DNA of 64,000 nucleotides from Escherichia coli (GTDB lineage Bacteria; Pseudomonadota; Gammaproteobacteria; Enterobacterales; Enterobacteriaceae): NCBI RefSeq assembly GCF_030013595.1, contig NZ_CP122768.1; one strand, 5' to 3'. Shown piece by piece: positions 59,048 to 64,000 of this stretch (position 1 is its first letter; each line of letters starts with the position of its first letter). The notes under the pieces were generated by a model. It saw only the letters and a program-made list of their open reading frames with translations, ran no database searches and was not told where the DNA came from. The position numbers and the translations under genes were made by a program.

Positions 59048-60777
59048 AAGTGGTTCTTCCGCAACCTGGGTGGAAGAAAATGGATGAAACTTTCTGGCGA
59101 ACAAGGATCTAAGCTGTTTTAAGTTATGGGCAACGCAATGCACTCTCTTAAGACACTTCTACAGTTACCTTGCGGATGGCGATGCAGTCGACAAATTATT
59201 AGCTCTGACGGTATAACCCTCCATCTCCACGGAAAACGCAAAACAGCACAATGTCCTGAATGCTTTAAGCGTAGCGACTCTGTTCATAGTTGTCGTCGGC
59301 GCCGGATACAGCATCTACCCTGCTCAGGGCAGACGCTATGGCTTGTATTTTCCGTCCGCCACTGGTACTGCCGTAACCCGGCTTGTTCACGTAAAATTTT
59401 TGCCGAGTCGCTTGCTCCCTTCGCCAGTTCACACCAGCAGTCTTCACAGGCGTTACAAAATTAACAACGTCAACTGGGATTAATAGCTGGAGGTGAGGCT
59501 GGAAAACGGGCTGCAACGGCAGTGGGTCTCCGTTGCAGTGCTGATACTCTTCTTCGCAGGCTTATCAATACCCCGGAGACGAAACAGTCAGGCGCGCCTC
59601 ATGTCGGTATTGATGAGTGGGCGTGGCATCGGGGCCACTGCTGCGGTATGTTAATAGTCAATCCTGATACTCACCGTCCCCTCGTCCTGCTTCCCGGCCG
59701 TGATCAGCGTACGCTGGCGACCTGGTTCAGAAAATATCCGGAAATACAGGTTGTCTCGCGTGATCGCAGTGGAGTCTATGCGACAGCAGCACGTGAAGGT
59801 GCACCTCAGGCCAGACAGGTGGCCGATCGATGGCACCTGCTAAAAAATATTGGTGATGAGCCTGAACGAATGATGTACAGATATATGCCTCTGATACGTC
59901 TTGTTGTCAGAGAGTTATCACTGAAGAAATCACCTGAGCCAGAAATATCTGTGCCTGTAGCATCGCTCCGTCGTCTGGAACGCCTTAAACAGCACATCCG
60001 CAAAAAACGGCATCAGCGTTGGACAGAGGTTATGGCCCTGCATAACAAGGGATGTAGTTTCAGGGAAATATCCCGTATTACAGGCCTGTCGCGAGTGACA
60101 GTCAGTCGCTGGGTGGGTTCAGGAACATTCCCTGAAATGTCAACTAGGCCTCCAAAGCGAGGGCTTCTGGACCCATGGAGGGAGTGGTTAAAAGAGCAAC
60201 GAGAATGTGGTAATTATAACTCCGGCCGGATATGGCGGGAAATGGTGGCCAGGGGGGTTACAGGCAGTGAAACCATCGTCAGGGATGCTGTTGCCAAATG
60301 GCATAAAGGCTGGATCCCACCGGTTACTACTGCCGCAAGACTTCCTTCAGTGTCCCGGGTAAGCCGCTGGTTGATGCCCTGGAGAATAATCAGGGGTGAA
60401 GAAAATTATGCTTTCCGATTTATTAGTCTGATGTGTGAAAAAGAACCGGAGTTGAAAATAGCGCAGCAACTGGTACTCGAGTTCTACCGTATTCTGAAAA
60501 CCTAAAATAAATCACAGCTAAGCAGCTGGTTCACTCGGGTCCACGAAAGCGGCTCAGCAGAACTTCGGTGCGTAGCTGCGGGGATGGAAGCTGATGCTGC
60601 GGCTATATGTGAGGCAATCAGCAGTCGCTGGAGTACTGGTGTTGTCGAAGGTCATGTAAATCGCCTGAAGGTGCTGATACGCCAGATGTATGGTCGAGCC
60701 GGACTTGAACTACTTAGGCGGAGGGTAATGAGTCCACTGGCATGAAAATCTTCACCTAGGTTGAGGAAGAGCCACTT
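59048..60777 (+). mobile_element. ISL3-family insertion sequence with imperfect terminal inverted repeats
   Basis: Left end aagtggttcttccgcaacctgggtg (59048-) matches the reverse complement of the right end cacctaggttgaggaagagccactt (-60777); ISL3-like GG(C/T)TCTTCC termini. Confidence 0.65.
59126..60745 (+). pseudogene. ISL3-family transposase interrupted by two in-frame TAA codons
   Basis: Three ORF pieces all in the same frame (59126-59464, 59522-60505, 60506-60745), separated only by TAA at 59462-59464 and 60503-60505; N-terminal zinc finger, GIDEWAWHRGH core and VEGHVNRLKVLIRQMYGRAGLELLRRRVM C-terminus. Confidence 0.7.
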
Positions 60778-60809
60778 TTGCACTGTTCGTGACAGTATGG
60801 CCTTTATGT

Positions 60810-61118
60810 ACTCACTTTGTTACCGGTAGCTGGATCATCACTACCGTGCCGCAAATGGTGGTGAACAGCATCAATTGTGGAATGAATGTTGCCGAAGCGA
60901 CCAATGCGCCTCGTTTCCACCATCAGTGGTTGCCGGACGAGCTGCGTGTTGAAAAGGGTTTAGTCCGGATACGCTCAAGCTGCTGGAAGCAAAAGGTCAG
61001 AAAGTGGCGCTGAATGAGGCGATGGGCAGCACGCAAAGCATTATGGTTGGGTCGGATGGTGAGTTGTACGGCGCATCCGACTCGCGCTTGGTGGATGATT
61101 TAACGGCGGGGTATTAAT
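60810..61118 (+). pseudogene. ggt: Gamma-glutamyltranspeptidase (ggt) paralog, 3' remnant with a frameshift
   Basis: Encodes ...IITTVPQMVVNSINCGMNVAEATNAPRFHHQWLPDELRVEKG, then after a -1 shift near 60958 continues ...SPDTLKLLEAKGQKVALNEAMGSTQSIMVGSDGELYGASDSRLVDDLTAGY-stop; no N-terminal region. Confidence 0.7.
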
Positions 61119-61156
61119 TGACATCCCCCGGCGCAATGTGCCGGGGGATAATGGTT

Positions 61157-62191
61157 TTATGCGGTCAATAATCGTCCGGGATTATCGATACAGAGTTTTT
61201 TGAGGATCGTTTTATCGACGCCGCGCTCCGCCAGATAGGCCAGAAAAACATCTGGAACAAATCCCCAGCCATTACCGCCATTTTTAGCCCACATTTGTTT
61301 AAGGAAGACATCGTGGCTGAGAACAAGCTGATCGGCGTATCCCAACTCAATGAGATGAGCGACGGCATCGGCAGTCTCCTGCACCCCTGGCGCTATTCCC
61401 TCTTTCGGGAAGGTAATGTCTAGGCCAATCATGTCGAATTCCAGCCAGACACCTTTATCAAGCATTTTCCGCTGATACGCCACGTCTTTTCCTGACGGAT
61501 CCGAGTGTGCGAGAGAGACTTTATTTGGCGAGACGCCCATTTCACCTAACACAATGTCGAGTACTTCATCACCGCGACGAAGCCAGCCCGGCATGTGAAT
61601 ATTCATCGCCACATGAGGATTGTTAATCTGTGCCAGCGAGGCAGCCCGCAAGCTGTTATGCTCGGCTTCGGTAAATGTCGGTGAGACACCTATTTCACCG
61701 ATCATTCCGGCACGAATATCCGTATCGCCAATCCCTTGATTCAATTCTTTATCGATCGTTGTCGCTAGTTCATCAACCGTTTTATGAATTCTCTGGCTTT
61801 CAAATTTTTCCAGGTAGGGACCGGAGGAAGCAACAATATTCAGACCTGTTTTTAATGCGACTTCTCGTAATGCCTGCGCATCTCGTCCGATAGACTCAGA
61901 CCCTGTGGCATCAACAATGGTGCGACCACCGAGCGAGATAAAGTTATTAATTTCGAAGATCACATCTTCAATAGGTTTGCGGTCCATATTATCAGCGCAG
62001 CAATAAGGATCGTGTTTTAATGCCCACTGGATTTCTGCCGTGACTTTTTTATCAACAAGCTGTTGTGAAAAAGGATAGCAAGGAGCATCCACAACAGAGG
62101 AAAGATCGTTGAACAGATGTTCATGAGGAAGTGTTAGCCCCATATCTTCACGGGCGACGGGGCCCGTCACAGTTTGTAGATAATCTTTCAT
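61157..62191 (-). CDS. Phosphotriesterase-related protein (Php-like amidohydrolase)
   Basis: 344-aa ORF with N-terminal HEH metal-binding motif (LTLPHEHLF). Confidence 0.75.
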   Translation of the reverse strand: MKDYLQTVTGPVAREDMGLTLPHEHLFNDLSSVVDAPCYPFSQQLVDKKVTAEIQWALKHDPYCCADNMDRKPIEDVIFEINNFISLGGRTIVDATGSESIGRDAQALREVALKTGLNIVASSGPYLEKFESQRIHKTVDELATTIDKELNQGIGDTDIRAGMIGEIGVSPTFTEAEHNSLRAASLAQINNPHVAMNIHMPGWLRRGDEVLDIVLGEMGVSPNKVSLAHSDPSGKDVAYQRKMLDKGVWLEFDMIGLDITFPKEGIAPGVQETADAVAHLIELGYADQLVLSHDVFLKQMWAKNGGNGWGFVPDVFLAYLAERGVDKTILKKLCIDNPGRLLTA

Positions 62192-62193
62192 GA

Positions 62194-63159
62194 TTATACC
62201 TCCATTTTCTTCATTGTTTTCGAGGCTCTGTATTCCGGAATAGTGGTAACAATTGCACCGACCAGTGCAAACAGTGTTCCGATGATCGTGACCAGATAAA
62301 CGGTATTGCCCAGCGATGGAATTAATACGTCAATCAATACTGATCCCAGTAACTGGCCCGCCGTTGAAGCAACCCCCAGCATCAGTAACCCCAGACCCCT
62401 GACCAAAATGGCCATTAAACCGATAGACATTAGTCCAAGCGGGCCGCCAAGATACATCCACCAGACATCTGGTAATTGAACAGTGACGTGCCCTAATGCG
62501 ACACGAATAGCTAGCGCTGTGCCTAAAACACAAAATCCAACGATGAAATTCCAGGTGATTGAAACCAGCATGGATCCCGTAGCTTCAGCTACTTTTGCAT
62601 TTCCAGCGGGCTGCCATCCTGCAAGCAAACCAGCTAAGAACGGAAGAATGGCAAGTAAAATGAAAGAGGTAGAATGCCACTGCGGTGACACAACAAAAAT
62701 CGTAGCAATAACCGCAAATAATGCACCGATGATGCGATAAGGGGTAAAGTATTTTTTCTCGTCGACACCGATACCAAAGCGATCGCAAAGTAAACCAGAC
62801 AGCAATAGCGCGGAGATCAGTGCGGTCTGAAACGTTGCGACCCCGAGTGCGCTGGCTGATGCGCCTTCAGAAAATACCACCATCGCTCCACAGAGACCGG
62901 CAAACCAGTTCCAGAGAGGAACTTTTCGGTTTTTAATCAGAGAAGGAATTGCCGCAAATTGTTGCCGGATTTCTTTTCGCGCCATAATAATAAAAAACAT
63001 CACGACTAAACCACTGGCAAAGGAGATAACTGCGCATGCATTACCGTCCTGTAACCAGTGACCTAATTGACCATTCACCGCTGATTGCATAGGGGAGAGC
63101 ATACCCGCAAGAATCGTGGCAAGCACCCATAAGGGAGTTGAGTACTTATTCTTTTTCAT
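62194..63159 (-). CDS. DMT-superfamily / DUF606-type inner membrane transporter
   Basis: 321-aa polytopic membrane ORF. Confidence 0.6.
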   Translation of the reverse strand: MKKNKYSTPLWVLATILAGMLSPMQSAVNGQLGHWLQDGNACAVISFASGLVVMFFIIMARKEIRQQFAAIPSLIKNRKVPLWNWFAGLCGAMVVFSEGASASALGVATFQTALISALLLSGLLCDRFGIGVDEKKYFTPYRIIGALFAVIATIFVVSPQWHSTSFILLAILPFLAGLLAGWQPAGNAKVAEATGSMLVSITWNFIVGFCVLGTALAIRVALGHVTVQLPDVWWMYLGGPLGLMSIGLMAILVRGLGLLMLGVASTAGQLLGSVLIDVLIPSLGNTVYLVTIIGTLFALVGAIVTTIPEYRASKTMKKMEV

Positions 63160-63215
63160 ACATCAATCCTTCTATTATAGTAAATGGAGTAACTGGTGTT
63201 ACCCCATTATTATTA

Positions 63216-63974
63216 TTATCTTGCAATATGAGTCAGTATATTTACCCACAACGCGGTATAGAACGGCCAGGACATAAACTGCTGTGTACCCCAGTGCGGT
63301 GAACAGTCACTCATAAAGCAGGCTATTTTCCCGTTGTGATAGTTACCAAAGACCAGTAATGGATCGTTGTTTATTGTTAATACCACCTCAGCATTTTCTT
63401 TAGCGATCGCCCGGTTATAACCTAGGAAAAAAGGATATTCAGAGAACCCTTTAATAACCGGATGGTCAGGTTGTGATGGCTGTGCAATAACACCCTCTGG
63501 TTTTTCGACACGATCGTCACCATCTAACATCGTAACCGGGAGCACATCAGCCAGAACTGTATTTTTATAATTGGCTTTTGCTTCAATTCCCATGAATGAG
63601 AGATAGCCGCCAATCATCAATAACCCACCACCGTTATTCACATATTCTTTAATCAGTTCGAGAGCGTTTGGTTTTATGCGAAGCTGATAAAAAGTATCAT
63701 TTTGTAGCAGGAAAGTATTACTACCAATATCACTAATAACGATGGCATCATATTGTTCTAACTGTGCCACATCTTCAGGGAAGGCAATTTGTACCGTATG
63801 TGCCGGCATATAGGTGACATCTACCTGACTATTTTTCAGACATTGGAGTAACCAGGTCGCACCTTCTTCATATTTACTTGAGGTAAAACTGTCATATCCT
63901 TTTGAATGAATCATATGAATATGCCAGGATTCTCCAATAAAGAGCACCTTTAGTGATTTTTTGGTGTTATTCAT
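63216..63974 (-). CDS. Class I glutamine amidotransferase-like (ThuA-like) protein
   Basis: 252-aa ORF; first gene of a three-gene minus-strand operon whose promoter lies near the window end. Confidence 0.5.
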   Translation of the reverse strand: MNNTKKSLKVLFIGESWHIHMIHSKGYDSFTSSKYEEGATWLLQCLKNSQVDVTYMPAHTVQIAFPEDVAQLEQYDAIVISDIGSNTFLLQNDTFYQLRIKPNALELIKEYVNNGGGLLMIGGYLSFMGIEAKANYKNTVLADVLPVTMLDGDDRVEKPEGVIAQPSQPDHPVIKGFSEYPFFLGYNRAIAKENAEVVLTINNDPLLVFGNYHNGKIACFMSDCSPHWGTQQFMSWPFYTALWVNILTHIAR

Positions 63975-64000
63975 TCTCTGTCCCTTCTTAATGCGTAAAA

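Overview
Escherichia coli-type chromosomal segment with two accessory regions. Identifications rest on reading the six-frame translations against remembered protein families; no database search was run. Left to right: (1) the 3' end of the colanic acid cluster (wzxC partial, a REP/BIME array, wcaK, wcaL, wcaM), then gne and galF; (2) an AT-rich O-antigen cluster behind a JUMPstart/ops element (rmlB-rmlD-rmlA-rmlC, wzx, an apparently frameshifted wzy, two glycosyltransferases), then gnd, ugd, a convergent gla-like epimerase gene, a relic ugd 3' end and wzzB; (3) the complete his operon on the minus strand (hisL leader and attenuator, hisGDCBHAFI); (4) yefM-yoeB and the core block yeeZ-yeeY-plaP-yeeE-yeeD-sbcB-dacD-sbmC-yeeA-yeeX; (5) from about 39.6 kb to the window end, a CP4-44-like genomic island that is fuller than the K-12 version as I recall it. 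The island carries yeeW, cbtA, a cbeA with an in-frame amber codon, yeeT, yeeS, antirestriction/DUF932/DUF905/lipoprotein genes, an 840-aa YeeR-like membrane protein, flu (Ag43) with its three-GATC switch, a yeeP-type GTPase, a DUF3987 protein, alpA, Gp2-like proteins, tandem zinc-ribbon paralogs, an ISL3-family IS whose transposase has two in-frame TAA stops, a ggt remnant, and a php-like/DUF606/amidotransferase-like operon. I found no clearly novel multi-gene system; the most checkable unusual points are the split wzy, the ugd relic marking a recombination junction, the cbeA amber codon, the doubly-stopped ISL3 transposase and the tandem zinc-ribbon proteins.
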